64,000 bases of DNA from the human T2T-CHM13v2.0 reference genome, Homo sapiens, in the NCBI RefSeq assembly GCF_009914755.1, contig NC_060933.1; one strand, given 5' to 3'. Of this stretch, positions 15,358 through 30,612 are shown piece after piece. Each line of letters begins with the position of its first letter. Position 1 is the first letter of the stretch. The translations under genes were made by a program, and so were the position numbers. The notes beneath the pieces are model-generated. The model worked only from the letters and a program-made list of their open reading frames with translations, did no database searches and was not told the DNA's origin.

Positions 15358-16260
15358 TGAGAGTGACAGAAGACAGACAAATTCCCCAGCAGACAGGGAT
15401 GTGTCCCCAGTGAAACCCAACCTTCAAGCCACTGACAGTTTAAAGTCTAAAAACCGAGCTGCTGGTTTGAGAGAGTCCATAAACAGAGAGAGAACTTCTA
15501 TCCCCATATTACCCTCACTCTCTTGATTGGTTCCTTCTGGATGATGCCTTTTAACCAATCAAACAGTGATTTTTCCAAGCCCACCCAGGGATGAATCAGC
15601 ACACACACCTCCATTCTAACCCATAAAAACCCCAGACTCACCCTCTCAGGTGGCTACCCACTTTGGGTCCCCTCTCACAGCTGAGAGCTTTCCTTATGTC
15701 ACTCAATAAAATTCTTCTCTGCCTTACTCACTCTCTGGTGTCCACGCACCTCATTCCTCTTGGTCGCGGGACAAGGACCTGGAACTCGCTGAGCTGCAGG
15801 CGACAGGAATGAAAGGGCTGTGATGCCCCTGGCCGGCTCGCCAAGCTGCGTGCAACGGGAATAAAAGAGCTGTAACATGCTCCCGCTAGCCAAGCTATGG
15901 GAGTGAAGAGCTGCAACATTTCTGGGGTCCCAGACCTCAGGACTCCCCGAGCAAGAGTTGTAACACTGCTTGGGGCTCCATGAATGCTGGTTTTATCTCT
16001 GAGTTTTTGGGTGACACCACATTCCCCTTGTCTAGACACCGGTGCCTGACATGGAAGTCATTCATGGCATGCCCAGTCCAGCCTCAAGCTGAGTGTGGAG
16101 GTGCAGCAGGCACGGGATTCAAGTGGGCGCGAACCAAGCACAACCTGCCAGGCCAAGAGGGTGGAGTAAGGCCAGGGGGCCCAAGCAAGGCCCAGACAGA
16201 GGTGGCAGGGGCAGCAAAGATTTCTGGCTGGCAAAGTGGCACTGAAGGAATCCTGTAGCA
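15358..16260 (+). mobile_element. LTR27/LTR28-like ERV1 solo LTR inserted in an L2 relic
   Basis: TG...CA termini, CATAAAAA, AATAAA at about 15706, repeated GAGCTGTAACA; exact TSD TCAT. Confidence 0.75.
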
Positions 16261-16819
16261 TCATGAGGGAGGCCAATCCATCCCCTTGTGCACTGGATTC
16301 AACCCCTTCTAATCTCCTTGGGGACATCACTCACTCCAGCACTTACGCGCTCTCCTTGGCTGGCATCAATACTACCCCTCCTTAGAGGTTCGTTCCCATC
16401 AGCATATAGCAATGCTGTAATACTGACATCTTAAAAAAAACTCACATAGACTTCCACTGTTAGCTATGATGGAATAGGTCATCATCAGACCAATTCCTCC
16501 ATGAAATACTGCAGAAAATATGTAAGACAGCTGCTTGAGCAACTAAGGCAGCCAGGATGTAAGAGGCTGGAAAGCCAGAGAAGGGAAACTATGGTAAGCC
16601 TCTGCTTTCCTCCCAAAACATACACTGAGTTATAAACTGGTCGGGTAAAGAGGGTATAAAAGCCGTAGCACGAAGCAGCAGCTCAGAAATCTCTGTAATC
16701 TCCTGGAAGTGGGGAGACAAACACTGGCAGTGAAGACTACAGGCTCAGCCAGAACTTTGAGGCCAAGATCTCGGAGAAAAAGGAACTACCAACAAGAGAG
16801 CCCACTAAAGGGACTCACC

Positions 16820-19180
16820 AAATTAATGAAATAAAGGTGAAAATCGTATACATTTTCATTAGTTACAGAAAAAGTATTTGATAAAATTCAATATTCATTC
16901 CTTAACATCTTCACTGAAGAATAATTTACATAAAATAGAGTTCAGCCACTTTAAGTATAGAATTCAAGGATTTTTACTAAATTTACAGAGTTGTACAACC
17001 ATCACCTCAATCTGATCTTAGAACACCTCCATTATCACAAAAAGATCTCTCATGCCCATATGCAGTTGCTCCCTGTTTCCATCCCAGCACCATGTAATCA
17101 CTAATCTATGTTCCTAAGAATTGGTCTTTTCTGGACATTTCCTATAAATAAATTCATACAATATGTGGTCTTTTTTTGTCTGTTTTCTTTCATATGGCTT
17201 GCTTTTCAGGTTCATGCATGTTATAAGCATGAAGTATTCCACTGTATGAACATATAAACGTTTTGCTTATCCCTTCATCGGATGACAGATATTCATATCA
17301 TTCCTACTTTTTGGCTACTATGACTAATGCTGATATGGACATTCACTTACAAGTTTTTGGTGGACAAATGTTTTCATTTGTCTTGGATAAAGACAAAGTA
17401 GAATTGCTAGGTCATACTGTAAATTTTTGTTTAACTTGGAGAAAAGAAAAAAAAAAAACAAAAACCCTGCCAAGCTGTTTGCCTAGGTTGGCTGCACCAT
17501 TTCACATTCCTACCAGCAATGCATGAGGGTCTCTGTTTTCCTAGTCACCAACAATTGTCTGTCTTTTTTATTATACCCATTCTAGTGAGTGTGAAGTGGT
17601 ACCTATAAGGATTTTAATTTGCATTTCCCTAATGACTAATGAGGTTAAACACTTTTCATGTGCTTACTGGCCATTCAAACAGCTGCTCTAGTGAAATGTC
17701 CATTCAAATCTTGCTCATTTTTTTAAAATCAGGTAATTTGTTTTCTCCTTATTGAGTTGTAAGTTATAACTTAGATACAAGCCCTTTCTAAAATATATGA
17801 TTTACAAATATTTTCTTCATTTTTGTGTCTTGCCTTTCACTTTCTTGGTGATTTTTGAAGCACAAATTTTAATTTTGATTAAAATTAATCAAAATTATAA
17901 ATTTTTATCAGTTGTGCTTTTCTGGTAATATCTAAAAATCAACACTCATTCCTGATTAAATTATCTTAGCAAATTAGGAAGAAAAGGGAATCTTTATAAT
18001 AAAAAGTAACTGTAAAGTACCTATAGCTAACATAATCTTTAACAGTCAATTACTAAAAGCTTCCTCCCAGGGACCAAGAAAAGAGACAAGGGTGTTCCCT
18101 AACACTTTTAAACACTGTAACAGATGTACTAGCGAGTGTGATAAGACCAAAATAAAACTTACAAGGATTGAAAGGTATAATAAAACAGTCATTATTAGCA
18201 GATAACTGTATATGAAGAATAGCCTAAAGAATTTTCAAACCATGAAAATAAGTAAATTTAGTAAGGTTGCTGGATATAAGCTCAATATACAAAAATCAAC
18301 TGTATTTCTATATACTAGCAAAAGAAATTTGAATGTGAAATCTCGAAAAGATATCACTTTCAAAACATCCAAAAATCAAGGAGTGAAAGAATAAATCTAA
18401 CAAAAGGAACATAAGACCTTGACACAAAAACTGAAAAATCTTACTGAAATAAAGAAGCCCCAAATAAAAGAACACATTACATTCATGTGTTAGAATAGTT
18501 CATACTAAAAGATGTAAATTCTCTCCAAATTAATAGATTAAATGTTGTTCCAATAAAAATCCCAATTTTTCTGAAAATTAATAAGATGAAAATGCAAAGT
18601 GCCAACAACAGTCAAGATACCGCATAAAGTATTGGTGAAGGTGTAAAGCAATGAGACCTCTGACTTAAGACTGCTAGGAGTAAAACCAGTACAATCATTT
18701 TGGAAAGCAATTCCACTCCAAATATACACACTCAACAAAAAATGCATGATGTGTACTAAAAGACATGTACAAGCATAGTCAGGGCAGCACTATTAGAAAC
18801 AGCTAAAAGCTGGGAACACCTCAAACAACAAGCAAACAGTAGAAGACACAAATTATGAAATATTTCTACAAGGAACAGGACTGCACTACTCCTAGACGAA
18901 TGGTACAGGCTGAATCCTGCAAATATGTTCAATGGAAGAGATCAGCCTGCAAAATTCCAACTACATAAAGTTTGAAAATAGGCAATATTAGTATTTGGCG
19001 ATAAAAGTCATAATAATTGCCTATGTCTTTTGGGTGGGAGATGGGTAATGATAAGGAAGGGACATGTGGGACGACTGTGGTGTGCTGGGACTTCATTTTG
19101 TAGAAATTTACAGAATTATGTGCTTTTAATTTGTGCAATTTTCTGTATGTCCACATTATACTTCAGTTAAAATTTTTTTT
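16820..19180. mobile_element. L1M fragments: antisense L1MB-type 3' end (about 16900-17940) within a sense L1M (to about 19180)
   Basis: CATTTCACATTCCTACCAGCAATGCATGAGGGT; AGGTTGCTGGATATAAGCTCAATATACAAAAATCAACTGTATTTCTATA. Confidence 0.7.
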
Positions 19181-20270
19181 AAGTTTCCTGATTCCATACG
19201 CCCTACCCCCTCCAGCTGCCAATTTTTTCCTCCTTTTTACGCCAAACTCTTCAGAAGACCTGCCTCCCATGCTCTCCTCCTATACTGTCTCCAAGCAAGG
19301 GAGACAAAAAGAGTAAAAAATAAACATAACAAATTAGTAATCTACATAGAAGGGGATAAATGTTTTGGAGAAAAAGGTGAAGAAAGTACAGACGGGTATT
19401 AAAGGTGGTGACCATGTCACAATATTCGATGTCATAAATACCATTCTATTTGAGAATGTATAATAAGCTTTGTGAATGGCAGTATCATAGCCAATGAGGT
19501 TTATCTGAGGAGAGATTATTCTAAGAGAAAGTATAATAAGATTCAATAAGATTTCATATGTTCCTTGTATTTCAAGTGTATCTAATAATTTAATACCTGG
19601 TTCTCAGACATTTTAAATGAACTTTATATCTCCTGTTACATATTTGTATGTAACTTGCCAGTAATAACTTGTATTGCTTTTGCATTATCTACTGCAAACT
19701 CTTTTCATTTAAATATATAGTTGGAAATGTATAATACACTAAGTAGACAACGCATGGAATTGATACATTATTTAACAATTTTGAGAAAACATATATTTTA
19801 AACACCACCCACTATAATGGCCCTCTCCTAAAATTTCAGTGTTTTAATAAATTCCTTCTTTTAAATATTCTTTAGGATTAGTATGTATTAAATTTCTATA
19901 CTTATATTTGCAGTAAACTACTCCAATGAACTTTAGAGAAGTTATGGGAAAACACACTATTCTCTGTTATGCACTGCATGATGTCTAGCTTCCTTGGCCC
20001 CCACTAACCATATGTCAATAAAGCTCTTCAACAGCCAAAAACGTCCCTCAAATTCCAAAAGGCTCCACAGTGGGTGTTAACGTCCCCTTGAGATCTAATG
20101 CTTTAAGCCAGTGATCTTCAACCTTTTTGTTCCTATTATTGCTAAAAGAATTTTGAAGTATGTGCTCCTTTGAACATTTTTATGCTGACATTTGAAATTT
20201 TTCATCTAAGTTTAAGTAGTTTGAAAGATTTCAATGTACTATGAACACTCACATTTTTAAACAAAACTCA

Positions 20271-20670
<400 letters not shown>

Positions 20671-20684
20671 CTATCCTTAAAAAG

Positions 20685-21361
20685 TGTAAACTGAAGAATG
20701 AGGAGGTTCATAAACTTGGAAAGGAGAGTTTTATTTCTCATAAATGGTTGCGGCTTGTGCCATACTGACAGGCTGGGGAGCACAGCTTTTGGCCAGAAGC
20801 CAGAAACAGACACTTCAAGGGAAAGGCAAAGGGAAGTGGAATTTATGATGAACGAGGTGGCTGAATATACATATTTAACAAGTTCTAAGAGTCATGAATA
20901 TTATAAAAGGAGAAATGCGTGCGCACAATTGAGCTTCATGCACTTTCATGGGTCATGTACAAAAAATGGGGGCGTGAGCATGGCCCGAGGGCAGAGTTTT
21001 CAGCCCTCTGCTGTCAAAGGTGAAGCAGAGGACACAAAAACCCTCACTGTGCATCCTTCGTAGACCTCCCAGAACCACTCTGCGGTTCTCGCTCTCTTAT
21101 CAGGAAAGAACGCTGGTAAGCAGTTAAAACTACAAAAGGCAGGGGCAGCACCAGGCAGTAGATATCAGCAGTGGAGCAAGTCTTTCCAAAGGGCTGGTTT
21201 GTTTAACCTTCAGGAAAGAAAGCCTAATGGCAGTTCTCCAGGGAGGGGGTATTACAAGAGATGTCCGACCTCCCATCCTGTCATGGCTGAGATTTTCCTC
21301 GGCCAAAAGGAGGTCACAGTTGTCCAAGTCAGTTGGCTTAGCATTTCATTTTTATTTCTCA
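20685..21361 (-). mobile_element. MER39-related ERV1 solo LTR (same strand as AUH)
   Basis: Both ends are reverse complements of the termini of the 2718-3741 LTR. Confidence 0.7.
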
Positions 21362-22353
21362 ATATAAAAAATGTTACATTATCTCCTTTCTTCATTAACT
21401 GGTATTTTTGCTCTGCTTTCAATTTTTTTTTTCCTGATATAACTGGTATTTGTGCTTTAAAATATTTTATTTGTCATTCTGTCACATTTCTTTGCAACAA
21501 AATGTGTATGCAAATTAAATTAATTTTTATTAAATTCCCTATAAAGTGCCAAGTTTAAAAGTTTTCTTCTGGATTGAATTTTCATTACAAGTATTATTAG
21601 CACAGAACTGACAAAAGCAAAAATATATTTCAAATTTGATAACTATTAAATACTAAATATAAACTTTTATTAGACATGCATCACAATGAGATAGATGGGA
21701 CTACCTTCCCTCCTCTCATTATTTCATATATTCATGAATGAGTATTATTTACTGCTAGAGTGAGGCAGGATTTACCATCAATTTTACTCATGCTGAGAAA
21801 ACCTTTTCACATAAACAAGGAAGATGTTTACTACAGCAATGTCATTCCTTTAGCACTCTGGTGAAAAAATCACATCGTAATCAAGAAACATCTAACAAGT
21901 TCCCAACAATTCTAGTAAACTGTCTTCAAACTATGTTGAAAGCAAAGAACCAGAAACTGCCAGAATAAGAATCTCAGCTGAAATTCTCAACATTAATATT
22001 TTAAAGGCCTCTTTTTTGGCAATTCATAGGCTTTTTTCCCCTCCCTGTAGCAACAAAGCAAAGATCAGGAATAACTTTCCATTGTGGAAGAGGCAACTAT
22101 GAAGAGAAAGAGAACTGGAACCTCCAGTTCAGCCTGAAGAGTTTTATGACAGGGTACACGTTATGTATTAGACAGACCCTTTATGTATTAGACAGATGTG
22201 TGCACCTCCTGAGGCCTAGAAACATCCCAGCCCCAGCCAGGGGATCTCTGTTTTTAAGTCACATCAGTCAGAAGTCAGTTGCCAGGTCATATGGAATGCA
22301 AAGTGGCTGCACATCCACACACTGCCTCCAGTACACGGCATTGTCATACTTGC

Positions 22354-22815
22354 TGTGATGACTCACTTTATGTGTCTACTTGTCTGGGCCACAGGGTGCC
22401 CAGATAAAATACAGTTTCTTGGTACGTCAGTAAGGGTCCTTCTGGATGACTAGCATTTGAATTCGTGAACTGCAAAGAAGCAGCCCTTCCCATGTGGGTA
22501 GCCATCATCCAATTCCCTGAGGGCCTCAATAGAACAAAAGGTGAAGGAGGAAGGAACTGGCCTCTATTTTCCGCCCCACTGCTAGAGTTGGGACATCTCA
22601 TCTCATCTTCCCCTGCCCTTGGACTAGATTTACACTGGCTCCCATGAATCTCAGGCCTTTGGACGCAGACTGAATTACACCACCAGCTTTCCTGGGTCTC
22701 CAGCTTGCAGATGTAGACTGTGGGACATTTCAGTTCCATAATCCCGTGAGCCAATTCCTCACAATAAATCTTTTATATTTCTATTGATACTATTTATCTG
22801 GAGAACCCTAATACA
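22354..22815 (+). mobile_element. MLT2 (ERVL) solo LTR
   Basis: TGTGATG...TTTATGTGTC start, AATCCCGTGAGCCAATTCCT, AATAAA, CCTAATACA end. Confidence 0.8.
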
Positions 22816-24339
22816 CTTATTAAATTGTGGCAATCTAGTGAATGAGAAATGGTAATTTTAAGTTGCATTTTTCTCAGAAGTAAAAGATGAAATGCTTCAC
22901 AAAATTGTAGGGGGTTATTACGCAGTGATTAAAGTCATGATTTCAATCGTTCCAATTTTTGTACATGTGGTGCCAATTCGAACACCCTGGTCTCTTGATC
23001 CCACTCCAAACAGGCTTTTATTCTCTCCAATAAAGCCAAATAATCAGGTCAAGATAACCAATGATTTCCATGTGGCTAAATCCACATCTTAACCTGCAAG
23101 CAAATCTGGATAAAGCGGGGATTCTCCTGAGTCCTGGAATATCTCCAACTAGGACCAGGAAACTAGTCTGTTTTTCTTTCCCGCTGCTCTTACGTGGTGG
23201 TTGTCAGGGGTACCCTAGCTTCATAAAATGAGCTGGAAAAGACTCTCTTTTTCTATTTTCTCAAAGAGTATATAAAGACTGGAATTATCTGCTCCATGAA
23301 TGCTTAGGTGTAAATGTAACATTCTTCTGAAGTCATTGTGGCCCGGTGCTTTCTGTGTGGAAAGATCTTTAACTGATGCTTCAATTTCCACATTGCTCTG
23401 GTATTACTAGTTTTCTATTTCTTAAGTCAGTTTTGGTTAATTTTTATTTTCTAGTAATTTATCTATTCCACCTAAAATCTTGACTTTATTGCACATTCTT
23501 AACATTATCTTACCAGTTTAATCTCTGTGGAATTTATATCTATGGCTCCCTTTTCCAATCTGAATATTGTGTATTTTTTCCCTCACTCACAATTAATCTT
23601 GCCAAAAGTCTGACTATTTGGCTTTTCAAAGAAGCAGCTCTAGGCTCTATTATCCTTACTACTTAATGTGTTTTCCATGTCATTAGTTTATGCTCACTTC
23701 ATTTCCTTTCATCTACCCTATTTGGGTTATTCTGCAGTTATTTTTTCACTTAAGGTACATGCTTAGTTTATTCATTTTCAGCCTTTTTTCTTTCCTGAAG
23801 TCCAACCTTAGCTATCTTATACAATTTTTAAAGTATTTTTTGTTAGCATTTAGTTCTGAATGCTTTCTAATTTCCATTAAGATTCATTTGCTGAGCTGTA
23901 AGTTATTTAGAAGTTATCTTAAATTTCCCAATGTAGGGGACTTTTTCTAATTACGTTTTTTGTTAATGACTTCTAACAACTGCCTGTGGTGACAGAATGT
24001 GGTCTGATGATAGCTGTCCTCTGAAATCTGTGGAGGTTTTATGGCCTAGCAGATGGCTAATTTTCATAAATAGTCCATGTGTGCCTGAAACGAATGCCTA
24101 GCCATCAACCACTGTGGATGAATGTCCACAAAGGTATATTACATTAACCCTCAGTAGACCAGGAAAAGTAACCAACACTCTATCAGCTGGGGCCAATGGA
24201 CTCCTTAGATCTTTATTTCATATTTAGGTCAATTTACAAACAATTTAAAGAAAAATAATAGTGAAAAAACAACTTTATTAGAAATTTTAGTAAAAATTTA
24301 AACATAAAAAACCCACGTTGCTATTTTATATTTTCCTGG

Positions 24340-24432
24340 CATATGCATATATATGTATATACACACACATACATACAAACACATACATATTATAAATATA
24401 CAAATATATACTCACATACATACACAAACACA
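24340..24432. repeat. (TA/CA)-rich low-complexity microsatellite
   Basis: CATATATATGTATATACACACACATACATAC... Confidence 0.8.
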
Positions 24433-24491
24433 TCTGAAAAAGGCTACATCATTTGAACGAAATTGTTAACAGACAGAAATAAACCTGGATT

Positions 24492-24865
<374 letters not shown>

Positions 24866-26549
24866 GGATTGCACAGGTTTATAAAAGCTGAATCTAGGTT
24901 TCAAATACATCTCTAGCAGATCATCATTACTATCACTACTTCTGGTTCTTCTTGGACTTGCACTGTAGAAATGCAATGTTTTTGAAAACACTGATGGCTC
25001 TTAATTTAAAGAGGACAGCCATATTCTTTGCTCCCTAATTGCAATATACTTTCATTTTTAGATTTATAAACATCAGTCAGAATGATCAAGCCAATGACTT
25101 GTTTTCATTTCTATGCCATCTATTTCCTTCTTATCACCTTTGTATACACAAGGGCCTTCAACACATCATTTACAAGCTGTATCAAGTAAATGTTCACATA
25201 TAAACATCATATGAGATCCAACAATACTATCGCACATCCTCTTGGCAAAATGGGATGGTCCCTCCCCACTGCCCACAGAGCAGAGATTATTTCTCTGTTA
25301 TTTACTGCTATATCCTCAACAGTACCTGACACATGGCAGGCTCTCTCTAAAAAATATTAAATACATGAATTAATTAATGAAATTCATGTGTTTTCTTTGT
25401 AGTTGAGATCTGATGAAGAGTTACAGTAAAAATGCTTAAGAGGTATGAATACTAACCATTTACCTTAACATCCTCTCCAACTTACCTCCTCCTATTTCCT
25501 GATGGCAGCCTTTTGTTCTGGTGCCCTCCCAACTCCCCACAGTCCATATACTTTGGAAGAAGATGAATCTACCCCCACATCCAGGAGTGGACTATGGTTA
25601 GTTTGAGCTAACCAGCATGGTCCACTCCCCTAAGCAATCAAATCAAGCTCAATTGAAGGGCTCCAGCTTGGATTGCAGCAGAGTATTCTCTTTCTTTCAA
25701 GAAAGTCATGCATGGATATGGGGCCCAGAACTGAAGTTTTAGGCCACCAACCCATATATAAAGCTGGCAAACAGAGTAAACTACAGGAATTTCAGAAAAA
25801 TTCAAAATGACTGGATTCAGGCAATCCTAACAGGCTTATAGTTTAAGTCAATTTGTGAAAATGCTTTGTTAGATGGAGGTGAGAGCTCATTATCTAACTA
25901 GATGACATATTAGAAATGATTACAAATTGGTTCTGCTTCAGTCCACATCTGTTCTCAAGGGAAGGAATTGATTGGTGGAGATATAAAATTAGCTCTAATG
26001 ATTACAGAAAGTTTCTAGGTAATGTCTGGAGAGGATCAAGTGAGATTAAGGAGCATGACCTTCTTGGTATAACATGACTACTGTCAGAGCTTCTAGAGCA
26101 CTAGATCCTCAATAAGAATACCAACTTGTAAGTGCTTTCACTTATATCCTCATCCAGAACCTGCACCCACCTTTTACTCCAATTAAATAAAAAATTTCTA
26201 TCTTGGAAACTCAACCAGTAAAATTTTACCTGCCCATTTGATGAAAAGGACTATTCTGCCACAGGATTTCTATTAGAATTCAAGGCTCTAATAAATCAGA
26301 TGTCACTTTTCCTCAAAGTGAAGTGTCCTTTCACTAACCAAAACCAAAACCCTCCATTTCTGTCCAGCGTCTCAGCCCCTCTTGAAGGCCTACTTCGAGG
26401 CTTCTTTCTGAAACGTGATGACACCTCTCCCTCTTCAATAGGATCAGATTAGTTTCATCAGCATGCAAACTATAGTAACACCTCCATCCTGAAAAAGTCT
26501 CATAGATCCCTCATACACTTCCAGCCATCACTACATTTTAATGAACTAA

Positions 26550-26855
<306 letters not shown>

Positions 26856-27273
26856 TAACTGCAAAAACTCAAGTGCAAGAATATATATAAAATGCTACTA
26901 GCATAAGAAAGATTGGAAATAGTTGAACAAATAGGTATAGCCTTAATTTTGCAGACAGAAACATGAAGGATAATCTAGAAACTAATGAGACTCACTAACA
27001 CCCTCAAGGGTGGGAACTGGAGGGAAGAGATTAGAGGGAGGAAGTGGGTACTGACACTTCTATGATTATATCTCTTTGAATAGTTTAGACTTCTGAAACC
27101 ATATTAATATTTCATATATCAAAATAAAATAAATAGGAGTGAGGAAACCTAACATTACCTCTAATGAATAAAACACAACCACAATAAAGAAATAACCTAA
27201 GTAACTCTTCACACAATATGTTTAGTATTGTATATTACAGTATTACATACCTTCAGTCCAAAGATATAAAGTA

Positions 27274-27474
27274 CAGCTACTCCTTGACTTGCAATGGGGT
27301 TATATCCCAATAAACTCATGGGATGTTGAAAATATCACAACTGGAAAATGCATTTTACAGATGCTCCTCAACTTAAAATGGGGTTACAATTTCTACTGAA
27401 TGCGTATCACTTTTGCACCATCGTAAATTGAAAAATCGCTAAGTCAAACCATCATTAAGTGAGGGACTGTACTG
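27274..27474 (+). mobile_element. MER47-like TcMar-Tigger MITE
   Basis: TA|CAGATGCTCCTCAACTT...ATGGGGTTA left end, TTTCTACTGAATGCGTATCACTTTTGCACCATCGTAAA right part. Confidence 0.7.
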
Positions 27475-30197
27475 TCAATAGGTAATAAGCTCTGGATAAA
27501 AGGTATGTTTACCACAGTGGTATGGATCAGCAACTCTGAAATTACTTTCAGTAAGTTACAGGATTGAGCAAATGAGTCAATATACTGCAGGTACTACAAA
27601 TATGGAAAGGGAGAAGGTAACAATGAACCCTGTGGTGATAAACTGGAAATGGAGGTAACAATATAAACTCATGGTTTTCAACATGTAAGTACAGAAATGG
27701 TTGTAAACATGTGTGTGTGAATATGTAATGTAATTTATCTACTTATTTCTTAGGTCTGTCTTGAGAAGCAAAGACACCCATGTAACAGTGAGCACATGTT
27801 GTACCCAGATCTTGGTTCTTCAATACCATTCCCCACTAATAGGAACTAAGAACTTGCACCTGTGGCTGCAATGGAGTAACTGGTACTGGATCCCCTCCCT
27901 CAAAATATATGAAATGGCTCAGCTATTGATCAACAGGCAGTAAAAGACTACCATCTGGGATCCTGTGACTGTCCCTGTTTTCTTCCTGAAGACACCTGAC
28001 AGACTGGTAGAAGGCAGGGGTACCCCAACAAAGCACTGTGGTCTTGCTGATCGAGATCAGCGTGCAGGGAGGCTGAGGTGGCTGGAATTTACAGGGCAGA
28101 TAAATGGAAAGGTGGGGTAACCTCTCAGAGGAAGAGCTCCAGTAAAATGCACTAGGGTTCCCTAATGCTTAGGCTGAACAGTAAACTCCCAATTCATAGA
28201 AAATTACTAGAGAAAGAAAAAACAACCAGGGAGCTATGAAATGAACAAATCCTAGAGATTACACTGAGCTGAAAGGCATTCACGCTATGACCAGCAGGAA
28301 TAGAGAGAACTTGTCAACACCTATGTCCAGCTGGACTGATCCTCCAGGACAGTAACTACCTTCTGCAGCAAAACCACACTGAATAAGAAAGATACCTAAT
28401 AGGCATGTGTCCTATCTGTCACAAAACAAAACCAATTGACAGTTATTTCACATAATTCTAAAGAAAAAAAATTACCAAATGTTTACAGTCACAAAAAGGT
28501 AACAAACATAATATCCATTAATATAAAATTTAATGAGTAAATAATACTGGTATTAATCATGTTGCCTTTTTCTTTAGAGAATGTAAAAATATTGACTACC
28601 TCCATCTCTTTCAACCTTATTTTACCCCGAAAAGCAATACATTATTCAAATGAAACTTCAACTCAGGGAGTTTTTAAGAACCATAAACCTCAAGATCATC
28701 CTAATTGGTGCTGGCCTTCAAATCTAGCATTCACCCAAATGACACTATCACTGAACAAAATACTTCTCAAACTATGAGTTGTACAACTGTTTCCAGATCA
28801 CTCACCAAGCACACAAGAAAAAATGAACATTTTTATTTTTATGTCAAGAAAAACAGCCTCCATGGCCAAGCCTCTCCAGCTTCTTCCTGCAAAGCCCAGT
28901 GTAACTGACCCCTGCTCCTCCAGCTGGAACAAACAGAGAAAACTGGAGTGTGAACCAGAAGACAGCAAAAAACAGCCTGCAGGCCAGTCTGCACCCAGCT
29001 TTTACATCTTTTCTAAGGGTTGTAAAGATAAAACAAAGAATATGTGACAAAAATTGTTAAGAGGCACACAAAGCCTAAAATATCTGGCCTTTTACACACA
29101 AAATTTACTAACCTCAGTCTAGACTAATGCCAGTTCCCAGAGAAAGCCCTGAGAAGGCAAACTACTACTGAGTATCAATTTCCAGAAGCAGACTGACAAA
29201 AATCTAATTTTTTCTAACTTTTGAAGTCTCCCTTTCTAACTGCCGGAGCTCTACTCAAGCTGACCAAAGTTCTAGAGCTGAATTCCACTCCCCTGGCCTC
29301 ATGCAAGAGGGGTCTCCTGCAGGAAGGACCCCTTCCAGCCTCCCACTGCCCACAATGCTCACCTCACCACATAACTGGGCAGCCTTGGAGAAAGGGGACT
29401 GAGAGAACCACCTAGGCTCTCTGACCAGCTGCCCACCCACTAGGGGGGGCCCATTCTCTGCTCACCCCAACAGAGGCAGCTGTGCTCCTCCAAGACATCC
29501 CTTGTGGTAGCAGGTGGGAGAGAGAACTTGAAGTCCATCTGGGAACACATCAAAGCCATATCTTTGAAACAGGTTTAACGGTAAGTCATAAAGCTAATGT
29601 TTTAATCTCCACTGGTTAAATTTACTGGTACCCTAGATACAACCTTCTATTTATAAGACTGACAATATCTCAAGAACAAATCACTCTTCTTAACCACACA
29701 AGCCACCTACGCATGCTCTGTATCAAAGCTTGTTTTATTTAACCATGACATTTTGCCAATGTTACTTCCTCAACAACCAAAATGGTTCACAGTCATCCCA
29801 TGAACTATTTGCTAAGTGCCTTCTATGGGCCAGGCACTGTTCTGGCAATAGGCCTCTGTCCTAATGCCAACGAAAGGAGCTTATCTGCGGGGGAGGCTGA
29901 CTGATAATCAATAAGTAAAAAATAAATTCAAGAACAGAAACGTTCAGAGATGAAGCTAAAATAGAAAAATGTGATGGAGGCTGGGGGAAGCAGGGAGACC
30001 TGCTTTGGTTTAAGTGATGAGGGAACAGCTATTTAAGATGACATTAGAGCAGAGGCCTTTCTGAACACAAAGAGAACACTGAGCACAACGAGTTGGAGAG
30101 AAGAATGAGCTTTGTCAAGCAGAGAGAGTAAGAAAGGCAGTGGGAAATTGGTGGGAAAAGGCAATGTGGCCAGAGTAGGCGAGACCTGACACACTTG

Positions 30198-30612
30198 GTA
30201 TCAGTTTCCTGGTGCTGCTGGACAAATAACTACAAGCTTAAAGGGATTACCTGACAATTCTAGGTCAGAAGTCTAAAATGGGTTGGCAAGGCTGCATTCC
30301 TTCTGGAGGCACTAGGGAAGATGAGCTCCCTTGCCTTTCCCAGCTTCTAGGGGCTGTCCACATTCCTTGGCTCATGGCCCCTTCCTTGCTTCTCTCCAAC
30401 TTCTGCTTCCTGTTGTCATTTCTCCTGCTCAGAGTCCTCCTGCCTCCCTCTTGTATGAACCCTTGTCTTTACATTGGGCCCAGTGGATACATCAGGAAAA
30501 TCTCCCCATCGTAAGATCTTCACCTTCCTCACATCTGCGAAGTTCCTGTTTCCATGTAAGGTTCCAGCATTAGGACGTGGACAACTTTGGGGGTCATTTC
30601 TGCCTCCCACAC
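30198..30612 (-). mobile_element. MLT1 (MaLR) LTR
   Basis: CAGTTTCCTGGTGCTGCT, TCCTTCTGGAGGC, CACATTCCTTGGCTCATGGCCCCTTCC. Confidence 0.75.
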
